Virus record (IMG/VR): IMGVR_UViG_3300027983_002383
Reading direction: 5' to 3' (one strand)
DNA length: 64,000 bases
Source of the DNA: a virus
In this document: positions 27,909 to 36,734 of the stretch, one piece after another
Layout: the number at the start of each line of letters is the position of its first letter
Position numbering within the stretch: the stretch's first letter is position 1
The notes under the pieces: model-generated
Seen by the model: only the letters and a program-made list of their open reading frames with translations
Databases searched by the model: none
Told to the model about the DNA's origin: nothing
Position numbers and translations under genes: made by a program

Positions 27909-28544
27909 ATGGAACCAGAAAAGGACATATTTGAACAGTGGGAAGACGAGAGAGCAGCCAAATCATGGATTAGAAATAAACTAGAATTCATTCCATTATG
28001 GTGGGATCGTGATGGTAAGTTTATGTATCGTAACTTTAAAATAGGAGTAGTTAATATTGTATATTGGTTTCCTATCATATGGAAAGATCGTAACTGGGAT
28101 TCATATTATATCTTTGAAATACTCAAACACAAGCTAACATCTCAGGCTAAATATATCGCAGATAAAGACCGACATACAAGAGCACAGCATGATGTTAGAA
28201 ATATGAGAATTTGTGTTAAGTTAATGCAATTAATCCAAGATGATTTTTACGATAGCGAATACTCAGATTACCATAAAACAAAGACTTGGTTTGAACCGAC
28301 AGATGTCAACGATGGTTCATCAACATGGGAATCTCGTCAGTTAGAAGAAAACTTCGATGACTATTTCGCTAAATATCCATTAATTCACAAAAGAGTTTTA
28401 AGTGGTGAAGGAATATTCAAACGAGAAGGTAGAGAAGAAGATAAACAAATAATAGCAATGAATATTGGATTAATCAACCAATCAAGAGCACAAAAACTAC
28501 TATTTAAAATAATGGAACAAAATATATTAGGATGGTGGGATTAG
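27909..28544 (+). CDS. conserved phage hypothetical protein
   Basis: WFPIIWKDRNWD..YIFEILKHKL pattern. Confidence 0.7.
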   Translation: MEPEKDIFEQWEDERAAKSWIRNKLEFIPLWWDRDGKFMYRNFKIGVVNIVYWFPIIWKDRNWDSYYIFEILKHKLTSQAKYIADKDRHTRAQHDVRNMRICVKLMQLIQDDFYDSEYSDYHKTKTWFEPTDVNDGSSTWESRQLEENFDDYFAKYPLIHKRVLSGEGIFKREGREEDKQIIAMNIGLINQSRAQKLLFKIMEQNILGWWD

Positions 28545-28573
28545 TTAAATTTTTTTCGTATATTGTAATATAG

Positions 28574-28909
28574 ATGAGAAAGTTACTACAAAAAATAGAT
28601 TGGAAAACTAGGAAATGGAATATAACTATTAAATTTCTAGAAATTACACTCCATGACGGGAATGCTTGTTGGGGGTTTGAATTCTTACAAATCAATAGAA
28701 ACTACACCCCATACGCTCTATTAGCATTTGAGTTTAGATTACCAAATGGTGCTGAACGAAAGGTATTTAGTATTACTAATTGGGATTTTTTATATCTAAG
28801 TACCTATATTAGTAATTGGGTTAGTGATAATGATGAATCGATTTTGTGGGGAAACAAACCCACCGGATATAAAAAAGTATTATATAATATTCTAAATAAA
28901 ATAGTATGA
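28574..28909 (+). CDS. hypothetical protein
   Basis: ORF. Confidence 0.65.
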   Translation: MRKLLQKIDWKTRKWNITIKFLEITLHDGNACWGFEFLQINRNYTPYALLAFEFRLPNGAERKVFSITNWDFLYLSTYISNWVSDNDESILWGNKPTGYKKVLYNILNKIV

Positions 28910-29097
28910 AAGTTGAACAAGTAATAAAAAGTAGAAATATGTCACGTAGAGAAATAATATTATCACAAATAATACAATTACTAGAAGGTCAAATAGTGGA
29001 TCTTATATTGATGTCTAAGATTGAATTGGGTGATGATGTCATAGATGAAATAAAAAGACTAAAAGAACAGTTAAAAATAGAAGGATATGAAAGTTGA
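28906..29097 (+). CDS. small hypothetical protein
   Basis: ORF, overlapping neighbours. Confidence 0.6.
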   Translation: MKVEQVIKSRNMSRREIILSQIIQLLEGQIVDLILMSKIELGDDVIDEIKRLKEQLKIEGYES

Positions 29098-29275
29098 AAG
29101 ATTAACCAAAACAGATGAAGGTTTCAAACCAATCACAATCAAATTGACAATTGAAAGTAAAGAAGAATTGTTAGATTTATGGGGTAGAATAGCAATACAG
29201 GAACCGGAATGGAATGAAGTAAGTGGAGAGTTATTTTTGTTATTAGACAATATTAAATCAAACTTAAATTTGTAA
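29087..29275 (+). CDS. small hypothetical protein
   Basis: ORF. Confidence 0.6.
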   Translation: MKVERLTKTDEGFKPITIKLTIESKEELLDLWGRIAIQEPEWNEVSGELFLLLDNIKSNLNL

Positions 29276-29678
29276 TATTGTAAATAAACGACAACATAAC
29301 AGTTAAATGTAATAAGATATTGAAAGTGAAGAAATTAAAAAAATATTTAATGAAAATATGGAGGACATATATCTTGGATAAATGTCCACCACACCTAGAT
29401 GATTTATTTTAAATGAAAATTAAATTAACAAAATAATATATAAAACCAATATTATGAAAAAAATAACTTGGACAGAATCATTCTCCCAATCAACTGGATA
29501 TTCAGCCGAAATAACAGATGAGCAAGCTGAATTATTTAAAAGTAATCCTAATCAATTCTTTGATGAGGTGAATTTTAAAGAATCACAAGATCTGGAATGG
29601 GATAATATATATGATGAAAATGAAACAAATTACGAAATAAATTAATATGTCATTAAATCAAACTTAAATTTGTAATAT
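29252..29678. repeat. 27-bp exact direct repeat, copies 400 bp apart
   Basis: ATTAAATCAAACTTAAATTTGTAATAT at 29252..29278 and 29652..29678; contains TAAATTTG (TAnnTTTG). Confidence 0.85.
29454..29645 (+). CDS. small acidic hypothetical protein
   Basis: ORF between the direct repeats. Confidence 0.6.
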   Translation: MKKITWTESFSQSTGYSAEITDEQAELFKSNPNQFFDEVNFKESQDLEWDNIYDENETNYEIN

Positions 29679-29687
29679 CATAAGAAC

Positions 29688-30389
29688 ATGAGCGAAATTA
29701 AATGGTCAGGTTATAATTGGATTCCTCAAGAAAGATGGGGTCAAGTGCATACAAACAAACCAACAGCATGGTATGACCCTTCAGCAGTAATCATCAACGA
29801 TGATGATCAATTAATACTAAAAACACACCACAACCCACACTACTTCCGTGAATTTGATTTAACTTCAATAGTGGGGATTGGGTTAGTATCATGTACCGAG
29901 AAATTTGGGCATGGGGTATTTGAAATAGAAGCAAAGCTACCACGTGGTAAACATTTATGGCCTGCATTTTGGATGTGGAGTTGGGATTCATGGCCCCCTG
30001 AGATAGATGTATTCGAAGGTTACTCTAAAAACTTCAACTACCTAAATCTTAAATCACAAAGTTTCTTAGGGATATATAATTTACAATCAAATGTACATTA
30101 TATAAAGGATGGTAAGAAGATGTTAGGAGGTAGAACTAAATTCTTCGGATTCAAGGACCCAACTAAGAACTTCCTCAAATATAAATTAGATTGGACGCCT
30201 GAATACCTAAAGATATACTATAACGATGTGTTGGTGAGAACTGTAAAAGATCAGGATATACTAAAACAATTATCACAAACAACAATGAACGTGGTAATCA
30301 ACAATAGTGTTACAGACAAGCATGTTCCTGATAAACCCTCTGAATTCACAATAAACTACTTTAAATACACCCCACACCAAAATAAATAA
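29688..30389 (+). CDS. glycoside hydrolase family 16
   Basis: G.FEIEAKLPRG..LWPAFWM, WPPEIDVFEG (ExDxxE), Y.LDWTP; no signal peptide. Confidence 0.9.
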   Translation: MSEIKWSGYNWIPQERWGQVHTNKPTAWYDPSAVIINDDDQLILKTHHNPHYFREFDLTSIVGIGLVSCTEKFGHGVFEIEAKLPRGKHLWPAFWMWSWDSWPPEIDVFEGYSKNFNYLNLKSQSFLGIYNLQSNVHYIKDGKKMLGGRTKFFGFKDPTKNFLKYKLDWTPEYLKIYYNDVLVRTVKDQDILKQLSQTTMNVVINNSVTDKHVPDKPSEFTINYFKYTPHQNK

Positions 30390-30392
30390 ATT

Positions 30393-30938
30393 ATGAAATC
30401 AAATTTAACAGAAAAACTAGTAGATATTTGCGGTCACTCTATGGAAGCATTGGGTATTAACAATTTAACCGAAGAACAACTCATACAAGTAGAAGCAGAA
30501 CTTATTAAACACTTTGAGTTCGATAAAATTATTTGGATGAAACATCCGGGTGAATTAGCAGAAGATAACACAACCCCAATTGTTGTAAAATCAATAAAAA
30601 TATCAGATGCCGATAACCCAACTTATAAACACAAAGTAGGATACATTCATAGTATAATGTTTACTCCAAAAATGTATGAGCCAGGTACAATGCATACTCC
30701 AGTAAACGATGGATGTGTATTTGCCCCCACCACTTACAACCCAGAAACATTTGAACCTAAACAAAGTATTACTCTAACTTGGTCACCTGATTTTCCTCAA
30801 GATATTGATGCTCCACAAAGAACATATGAAGATGATAAACAAATGATTCGTGATATGTTAGAAAAAGTATTGGATAATCCTGAAGAGTATAGACCTCATA
30901 CGCACTCAGGATGTATCGTAAGATTTGCAGCTGTATAA
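30393..30938 (+). CDS. hypothetical protein
   Basis: ORF. Confidence 0.7.
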   Translation: MKSNLTEKLVDICGHSMEALGINNLTEEQLIQVEAELIKHFEFDKIIWMKHPGELAEDNTTPIVVKSIKISDADNPTYKHKVGYIHSIMFTPKMYEPGTMHTPVNDGCVFAPTTYNPETFEPKQSITLTWSPDFPQDIDAPQRTYEDDKQMIRDMLEKVLDNPEEYRPHTHSGCIVRFAAV

Positions 30939-30976
30939 TGATATAAAAATAATAAACTAACAGAAAAATTAAAAAT

Positions 30977-31183
30977 ATGAAAGATATAATAAACTTTATA
31001 ATATCTGCAATAGCAATATTATTGTCATTAATAACTCCATTCATGATAATGATATTAGGGGTAATTATGTTTGATTTAGACACATTATCTACGGCTTTAT
31101 TGATTGTATGTCTTTCAATCCCAACAACCATAGTAACTATAGTATTAGTCTGGTATGTGATTGAATTAAATAGATTAAAATAA
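30977..31183 (+). CDS. small membrane protein
   Basis: Two hydrophobic helices. Confidence 0.6.
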   Translation: MKDIINFIISAIAILLSLITPFMIMILGVIMFDLDTLSTALLIVCLSIPTTIVTIVLVWYVIELNRLK

Positions 31184-31188
31184 ATGTA

Positions 31189-31476
31189 ATGGAAGTTTTA
31201 AGAATAATTATTTTAGAAGGTATAGTTAAAGAAGATAAAAGATTTTATGACAATGTTAAAACTTTTGCTGAAGATGAACCATTACATAATTTAGAAATGG
31301 TTGGATTAATATTTACTACTTTAGAATTGCCGATACAATCTGTAATGAGAAAGATGGATAAAGAGGGACAATGTGTATTTCTAAAAGATGTGGTTGAAAA
31401 ATTAGAAATGTCTTGTGACGGTACAGATCCTATGGTAGTTACATATGATAGTATTATAAATGAAAATAATAACTAA
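31189..31476 (+). CDS. hypothetical protein
   Basis: ORF. Confidence 0.6.
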   Translation: MEVLRIIILEGIVKEDKRFYDNVKTFAEDEPLHNLEMVGLIFTTLELPIQSVMRKMDKEGQCVFLKDVVEKLEMSCDGTDPMVVTYDSIINENNN

Positions 31477-32146
31477 GAAAATGGATAAGATGAGTAAAAT
31501 AGAAGACACATGGCAGATCCTCAGGATACAAGCTGAATTTACAAAAGGTTTCGACACCTTTAACGAGATATCAGTACCCTGCGTTTCAGTATTTGGTAGT
31601 GCAAGAACTGAAGAAGGAAGTAAATGGTATGAAGAAGCTAGAGAATTCGCAAAATTAATGGTGGGTAACGGATTCGGTGTGATAACTGGAGGTGGTCCCG
31701 GAATAATGGCAGGTGCAAATAAAGGAGCACAAGAGGTGTCAGGTAAATCTATTGGGATTGGGATAGAACTCCCCTTTGAATCGGGTATGAATAAGTACGT
31801 TGATATGGGGGTGGAGAATAGATACTTTTTCACTAGAAAGGTAATGTTCCTTAAGTATTCACAAGCGTTTGCTGTGTTTCCAGGAGGGCTTGGTACCTTA
31901 GATGAGTTATTTGAGGCTATCACATTAGCACAATGTGGGCATAACATAAAGTATCCAATAGTACTAGTTGGTAAAGATTATTGGTCAGGATTAGTAGAAT
32001 GGTTACGCGATGTAGTGCTTGAAAGTAATAAAATGAGATCTTCTGATTTTGATTTATTTAGAATAGTAGATACGGCAGAAGAAGCTAGAGATAAAATCAT
32101 GGAATATAGAAATACACATGAAAAAAATACATCTACAAACTTTTAA
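31460..32146 (+). CDS. LOG family (TIGR00730-like) nucleotide phosphoribohydrolase
   Basis: VSVFGSAR, ITGGGPGIM.GANKGA, YFFTRK.MF, PGG.GTLDELFE; alternative start 31481. Confidence 0.92.
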   Translation: MKIITKKMDKMSKIEDTWQILRIQAEFTKGFDTFNEISVPCVSVFGSARTEEGSKWYEEAREFAKLMVGNGFGVITGGGPGIMAGANKGAQEVSGKSIGIGIELPFESGMNKYVDMGVENRYFFTRKVMFLKYSQAFAVFPGGLGTLDELFEAITLAQCGHNIKYPIVLVGKDYWSGLVEWLRDVVLESNKMRSSDFDLFRIVDTAEEARDKIMEYRNTHEKNTSTNF

Positions 32147-32163
32147 AATTAATTATATAGAAG

Positions 32164-32352
32164 ATGGTAAAAAAGAATAATCCTTTTAAATGTTACCTTA
32201 AATGGTCATATGGTGAATCGAAACGCCCACAGAAACTAATGAAAGTTTTTAAAAAGGGGAAAAGGGTTCAAGAGTTAGATTTTACAGTTAACCCCACAAA
32301 AAAAGAAATTAGTGAGATTGAAATTAACACTAATTTTATTAAATGGGTTTAA
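32164..32352 (+). CDS. small basic hypothetical protein
   Basis: ORF. Confidence 0.55.
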   Translation: MVKKNNPFKCYLKWSYGESKRPQKLMKVFKKGKRVQELDFTVNPTKKEISEIEINTNFIKWV

Positions 32353-32371
32353 ACTTATTATAAAGATTGTG

Positions 32372-32716
32372 ATGGTTAAAAACATTTTGTTATCTTGTTT
32401 ATTTTTTTTTATTGGTCATGTATTAGTATGGTTCCAGTTGAATGGACAATTTATTTGGAATAGTTGGAGAGACAATATGATAATAGTTTCTCTATTAGGG
32501 ATTCCAGTGTCAATATTTTTTTTATTGGCGACTAAGTGGGGTGTGAGTGCGTTTGGTGGGTTATTTTGGCCATCCAGATTTATAGGGTTTAGTGTGGGTA
32601 TTATAATATACTGGTTAATGGTGAGTTATTATTTTAACGAAGACTTTACCTTAAAAACTATGATAACTTTAATATTGTCGTTAATTATAGTAACTATACA
32701 GGTATTTTGGAAATAA
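32372..32716 (+). CDS. 4-TM small membrane protein (SMR/DMT-like topology)
   Basis: Four hydrophobic helices in 114 aa. Confidence 0.6.
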   Translation: MVKNILLSCLFFFIGHVLVWFQLNGQFIWNSWRDNMIIVSLLGIPVSIFFLLATKWGVSAFGGLFWPSRFIGFSVGIIIYWLMVSYYFNEDFTLKTMITLILSLIIVTIQVFWK

Positions 32717-32843
32717 AAAATTATGAAAAATATGTTATATAAAATTAATAAGTGGTTTGAGTTAAATTGTGGGTGGATATTTATAAATGGGAATAAAACT
32801 TCTAAATATGAGAAATATTTAAAAGAAAAGTATGGTAAGGATG

Positions 32844-32872
32844 TTGACATTTAAAGAAAAAATAACTATACT
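32844..32872 (+). promoter_or_regulatory. canonical sigma70-type promoter
   Basis: TTGACA-17-TATACT. Confidence 0.7.
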
Positions 32873-32878
32873 TATAAT

Positions 32879-33052
32879 ATGGGTTTGACAAAACAGTTAT
32901 ATGAAGATTACGTGTTAGACGGTAGTATGAAAATTGACTACTATGAAAAGATAACATACATAAGAGGAATATCTAAACCTAAAAAAGATATTATACCTTT
33001 GAAATATGGGGGAGAGTTGGTTTTAACTATTGATAAGAAGAATAGAGATTAA
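32879..33052 (+). CDS. 57-aa hypothetical protein (not in ORF track)
   Basis: ATG after promoter, MGLTKQLYEDY... Confidence 0.55.
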   Translation: MGLTKQLYEDYVLDGSMKIDYYEKITYIRGISKPKKDIIPLKYGGELVLTIDKKNRD

Positions 33053-33056
33053 AAGA

Positions 33057-33365
33057 ATTACCTACTGAAGATAAACACCCCATTGTAATAAGTGATAACC
33101 AGAACAAAGCCAAAGTGTGCATAAGGTTATGGGAGACACACGCTCCATTACAAAAAGGTAATCACATCCAAGTGGTGTTGTTTATTAGAAGGTGTTAAGG
33201 GGTGAGGTGTGAATTATATTATACTATAGACACACCAATCTACGAACACCCCAGGTGGAACTGGGTGGGTATATTTTATCATAAACAGACATTATAATGT
33301 TTGTTATGTGATAATAAGTGTGATATAACACATAGTTATTAGTAAATAAACATTATAATGTTTAT
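33057..33365 (+). ncRNA. structured non-coding region, ncRNA candidate
   Basis: Nested stems ATTACCT/AGGTAAT, TTGTAAT/ATTACAA, ATAACC/GGTTAT, GGAG/CTCC; GGTGTG/CACACC; CACC-C-CAG/CTG-GGTG; ends at terminator. Confidence 0.45.
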
Positions 33366-33380
33366 TAAAGATAAACCATT

Positions 33381-33408
33381 AAACCTCACCATCAGTGGTG
33401 GGGTTTTT
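33381..33408 (+). terminator. intrinsic terminator
   Basis: AAACCTCACCA-TCAG-TGGTGGGGTTT plus T-run. Confidence 0.75.
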
Positions 33409-33457
33409 ATATTATTATAGTGACAATATAAAGGTTGATAAAAAGATGTGATATAAA

Positions 33458-33489
33458 TTTGTTTTATTGAAATAAATTATATATATTTG
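33458..33489 (+). promoter_or_regulatory. Bacteroidota-type promoter
   Basis: TTTG-20-TATATTTG. Confidence 0.75.
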
Positions 33490-33523
33490 TATTATTAAAC
33501 AATAATAACTTAAAATATAAATT

Positions 33524-33757
33524 ATGCAATTAGGAGGAAGATCCGTAAGGGTTAAATTGAATGTAGACTTAACTAAGTACGATACACGTTGTGTTAAAGG
33601 TCAAGAGGGTATAACATTACCTAACGTGAAACTATCGATGTGGGGTGGATTTGATCACTTTGTAGCGGTACAATTCGATAATGGTGCAATAATGGATATT
33701 GCAATTAGTAGTGTAGAATTTATGGGGGAGACAATTATAGAAGCTCAACAATCATAG
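33524..33757 (+). CDS. small hypothetical protein (SH3/KOW-like beta pattern)
   Basis: ORF after promoter. Confidence 0.65.
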   Translation: MQLGGRSVRVKLNVDLTKYDTRCVKGQEGITLPNVKLSMWGGFDHFVAVQFDNGAIMDIAISSVEFMGETIIEAQQS

Positions 33758-33782
33758 TAAATTCACTATATAAAGACAAATA

Positions 33783-33856
33783 GGTCCCTTAGCTCAGTTG
33801 GTTAGAGCATCTGACTCATAATCAGAGGGTCGAAGGTTCGAGCCCTTCAGGGACCA
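33783..33856 (+). tRNA. tRNA with CAT anticodon, probably tRNA-Ile2 (lysidine type); CCA not encoded
   Basis: GGTCCCT/AGGGACC acceptor, AGCTCAGTTGGTTAGAGC D arm, TCTGA-CTCATAA-TCAGA anticodon arm, GGTTCGAGCC T arm; closely resembles bacterial ileX-type sequence. Confidence 0.95.
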
Positions 33857-33890
33857 CACAACACACTTTGTGTGTTAAAAATAAAGTAGT

Positions 33891-34169
33891 ATGGAAAAAC
33901 GGTGTAAAAAAACAAAGTTATTAATGATGTTGAGGAGAATGGGTTGGTTGTGTCGTAAACCTAGGCCACATAAATATGTACTTAAGATATCGCACACAAT
34001 AATACCTGAAGGGGGTACCACCCCACTTAAAGCAGCTAGAAATGTATTTATACAAAATAAATTAGCTATGGTTAGGGGGTGTAAATTCGATGCTACAACA
34101 GAAACTTGTCAATGTGGGTTTGACATAGATCAGTTTTTGGAGGGGTGTAAAATGAATACCGTTACTTAA
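33891..34169 (+). CDS. small Cys-rich hypothetical protein
   Basis: ORF; RGCKFD...CQCG. Confidence 0.55.
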   Translation: MEKRCKKTKLLMMLRRMGWLCRKPRPHKYVLKISHTIIPEGGTTPLKAARNVFIQNKLAMVRGCKFDATTETCQCGFDIDQFLEGCKMNTVT

Positions 34170-34299
34170 TGGTTGTATAATAACACCCACTTCAATTATG
34201 TTTACAAACAATATTAAATTAAATTTATCTTTGATATATACAATACCGTAATTTATAAGTATGTTTACAAACAATGGTTACGAAAAAAAAATAAAACAA

Positions 34300-35886
34300 A
34301 TGAAAAAACACGTTATTTTAAACGCCCTCCCTACGGATACCCCTGATTATATTTTTATAATCACAGATCAAGAAAGAGCAACACAACATTTCCCTGATAA
34401 TTGGGAAAGAGACAATCTACCAACATTAACTAAGTTAAAGGACAATGGGTTCAGTTTCGAAAGAGCCTTTTGTAATAGTTGTATGTGTACACCAAGTAGA
34501 GCAACATTATTTACAGGAACATATCCTGCACAACACTGTTGTAGTGAAACATTAACAACGGATGGTATTTACTCACCAGGTGAGATTCAGTTAAATAATA
34601 AAACTAATAATATCGGAAGGATGTTAGATGGTATTGGTTATGATGTCCAATATAGGGGTAAGTGGCACATGAGTAAAGGTGTTGATGGTGGTGACCCATT
34701 AGCTAAAGACATTTCACTTTATGGTTTTAAAGGTTGGATTGGTCCTGATGCTGGTGAAGATGCAAAACCTGAAAACTTCGGTGGTGGTTATCCTAATCAT
34801 GATGAGAAATATGTTGAAGAAGCAATTAATTATTTAGAAGAGGTTAGACTTAGAAGAGAAAAGGGGGATATGACACCATATTGTTTAGTATTAAGTTTAG
34901 TGAACCCTCACGATGTGTTAGGTTACCCGAAACTTGTCCAATATGGTTATAGTGAAGATGAGTATAATGGTAGAGATATTTCATTACCTAAAAGTTATGA
35001 CGAGCAACTATTAAGAAATTTAAAACCTATGGCTCAACTCCAAACTAATATAGCTGCTGACGGTCTATTAGGTGTTTTGAAGAATGATGACATGAAATTA
35101 AATTATATTAACTTTTATGCTTACTTATTAACTAAGATTGATGGTCAGATTGGTAAGTTTATTGATGTACTTTACGATGAAAGTAGAGGTAAGAGAATGG
35201 CGGATGATGCTTTAGTGTTTAGGTTAGCTGATCATGGTGAGATGGGTATGTCTCATGGTGGTTCAAGACAAAAGGCGTTTGTTGCTTATGAGGAAGCGTT
35301 AAGAATCCCTATGGTAATATCAAACCCCATAATGTTCCCCGAACCTAAAAAATCTAGTGAATTGGCATCTCTGGTTGATATCGTACCAACACTATCAGAA
35401 CTTTTAAATATCGAAACACCATTAAATGCTAGGGGAGTTAGTTTAGTTCCTATTATTGATGAAGGTAAGTCTGTACAAGACGCTATCTTATTTACCTTTG
35501 ACGATACAAAATCAGGCTCCAATAATTTACCATCATCAGTAAAGACAACTAATAGGTTACGTACTATTAGAACTAAAGAGTGGAAATATACATATTATTT
35601 TGATGCGTTAGGGAGTTACCAAACACAACATGAGATGTATGATTTATTAAATGATGAAGATGAATTAATAAATTTAGCTTATAGTCCTCAACATAAAGAA
35701 ATGAGAGAGAAATTACACATACAATTAAAAGCATTAGAGGAGAAAAAACTTAGAATCAATAAGTTTGATGAATCAACTAATGATTACATTAGTAAAACTT
35801 GGAAAGATACCAATGCACTATTTGATAATTACGCTTATAATGGTTTACCCGAATATGAAAAAGAAACATTAAAAAACGAAAATTAA
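34300..35886 (+). CDS. sulfatase (formylglycine-dependent, choline-sulfatase-like)
   Basis: ITDQ, CTPSRATLFTG (CxPxR), YRGKWH, NPHD, ADHGEM, YEEALRIP, EMYDL.ND.DEL.NLA; start ATG 34300. Confidence 0.92.
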   Translation: MKKHVILNALPTDTPDYIFIITDQERATQHFPDNWERDNLPTLTKLKDNGFSFERAFCNSCMCTPSRATLFTGTYPAQHCCSETLTTDGIYSPGEIQLNNKTNNIGRMLDGIGYDVQYRGKWHMSKGVDGGDPLAKDISLYGFKGWIGPDAGEDAKPENFGGGYPNHDEKYVEEAINYLEEVRLRREKGDMTPYCLVLSLVNPHDVLGYPKLVQYGYSEDEYNGRDISLPKSYDEQLLRNLKPMAQLQTNIAADGLLGVLKNDDMKLNYINFYAYLLTKIDGQIGKFIDVLYDESRGKRMADDALVFRLADHGEMGMSHGGSRQKAFVAYEEALRIPMVISNPIMFPEPKKSSELASLVDIVPTLSELLNIETPLNARGVSLVPIIDEGKSVQDAILFTFDDTKSGSNNLPSSVKTTNRLRTIRTKEWKYTYYFDALGSYQTQHEMYDLLNDEDELINLAYSPQHKEMREKLHIQLKALEEKKLRINKFDESTNDYISKTWKDTNALFDNYAYNGLPEYEKETLKNEN

Positions 35887-35908
35887 TAAATTTAATATAT
35901 ACATTTAG

Positions 35909-35936
35909 AAAGACACTCTAAGGGGTGTCTTTTTTT
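35909..35936 (+). terminator. intrinsic terminator
   Basis: AAAGACACTC-TAAG-GGGTGTCTTT plus T-run. Confidence 0.8.
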
Positions 35937-35947
35937 ATTTAAAAATG

Positions 35948-35978
35948 TTTGGTAATTAAGTTATTTTTCGTATATTTG
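35948..35978 (+). promoter_or_regulatory. Bacteroidota-type promoter
   Basis: TTTG-19-TATATTTG. Confidence 0.75.
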
Positions 35979-35994
35979 TATAAATAACTTAATT

Positions 35995-36729
35995 ATGTTA
36001 AAAATATTTGAAGTAGGGGGTTGTGTAAGAGATGAACTTTTAGGGGTTCATACTAATGACATTGATTTTACATTTGTATTAGACGATATATCACAATCTG
36101 TTGATGAAGGATGGTGTCAAATGTTGTCACATCTTAAAACTGAAGGATTTACTATATTTTTAGAAACCAAAGATTGTTTTACTGTTAGAGCTAAATTCCC
36201 TAAAGGACATAAGAATGTAGGTTTAGTCGCAGATTTTGTGATGGCTAGAAAGGAAGTAGGTGTTATTGAAGGTACACGTAAACCGATAATAGAATTGGGT
36301 ACGTTAGAAGATGATTTAACCCGTAGAGATTTTACCCTCAACGCAATGGCAAAAGATTTAGATGGAAACATCATAGACTTATTTGATGGTAAAAAACATT
36401 TAGAGATGGGGTTATTGGTTACACCTTTGGATCCAGTGCAGACATTTTTAGATGACCCTTTACGAATGATTAGAGCATTACGATTCTCCATCACTAAAGG
36501 ATTTATTATTGCACCTAATGTGTGGTCAGCCATATTTATAAATGGGTTGATTGATAAATTAGAATTAGTGGTTTCACAAGAAAGGATTCAGGGGGAAGTT
36601 ACTAAGATGATGAAACACGATACAGTAGGGACTTTAAGGTTATTAGCTGAGATAGATAAAAAAGAACCACGTTTAATGGAGATTATGTTTAAGGGTAATA
36701 TGTGGTTATTACCAACAAATAAAAAATAA
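35995..36729 (+). CDS. class II tRNA nucleotidyltransferase (CCA-adding/poly(A) polymerase family), compact
   Basis: VGGCVRD.LLG, DIDF, DL.RRDFT.NAMA, DDPLRMIRALRF, SQERI. Confidence 0.92.
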   Translation: MLKIFEVGGCVRDELLGVHTNDIDFTFVLDDISQSVDEGWCQMLSHLKTEGFTIFLETKDCFTVRAKFPKGHKNVGLVADFVMARKEVGVIEGTRKPIIELGTLEDDLTRRDFTLNAMAKDLDGNIIDLFDGKKHLEMGLLVTPLDPVQTFLDDPLRMIRALRFSITKGFIIAPNVWSAIFINGLIDKLELVVSQERIQGEVTKMMKHDTVGTLRLLAEIDKKEPRLMEIMFKGNMWLLPTNKK

Positions 36730-36734
36730 ATGAT

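Noticed and set aside
33057-33408. tmRNA, RNase P, SRP or 6S identity for the structured region
   Set aside because: No tRNA-like ends, no GAGGAAAGTCC, no SRP loop motif; left unassigned
33783-33856. Initiator or elongator tRNA-Met
   Set aside because: Paired 1-72 and no GGG/CCC anticodon stem exclude the initiator; acceptor and D-arm resemble tRNA-Ile2, though elongator Met is not fully excluded
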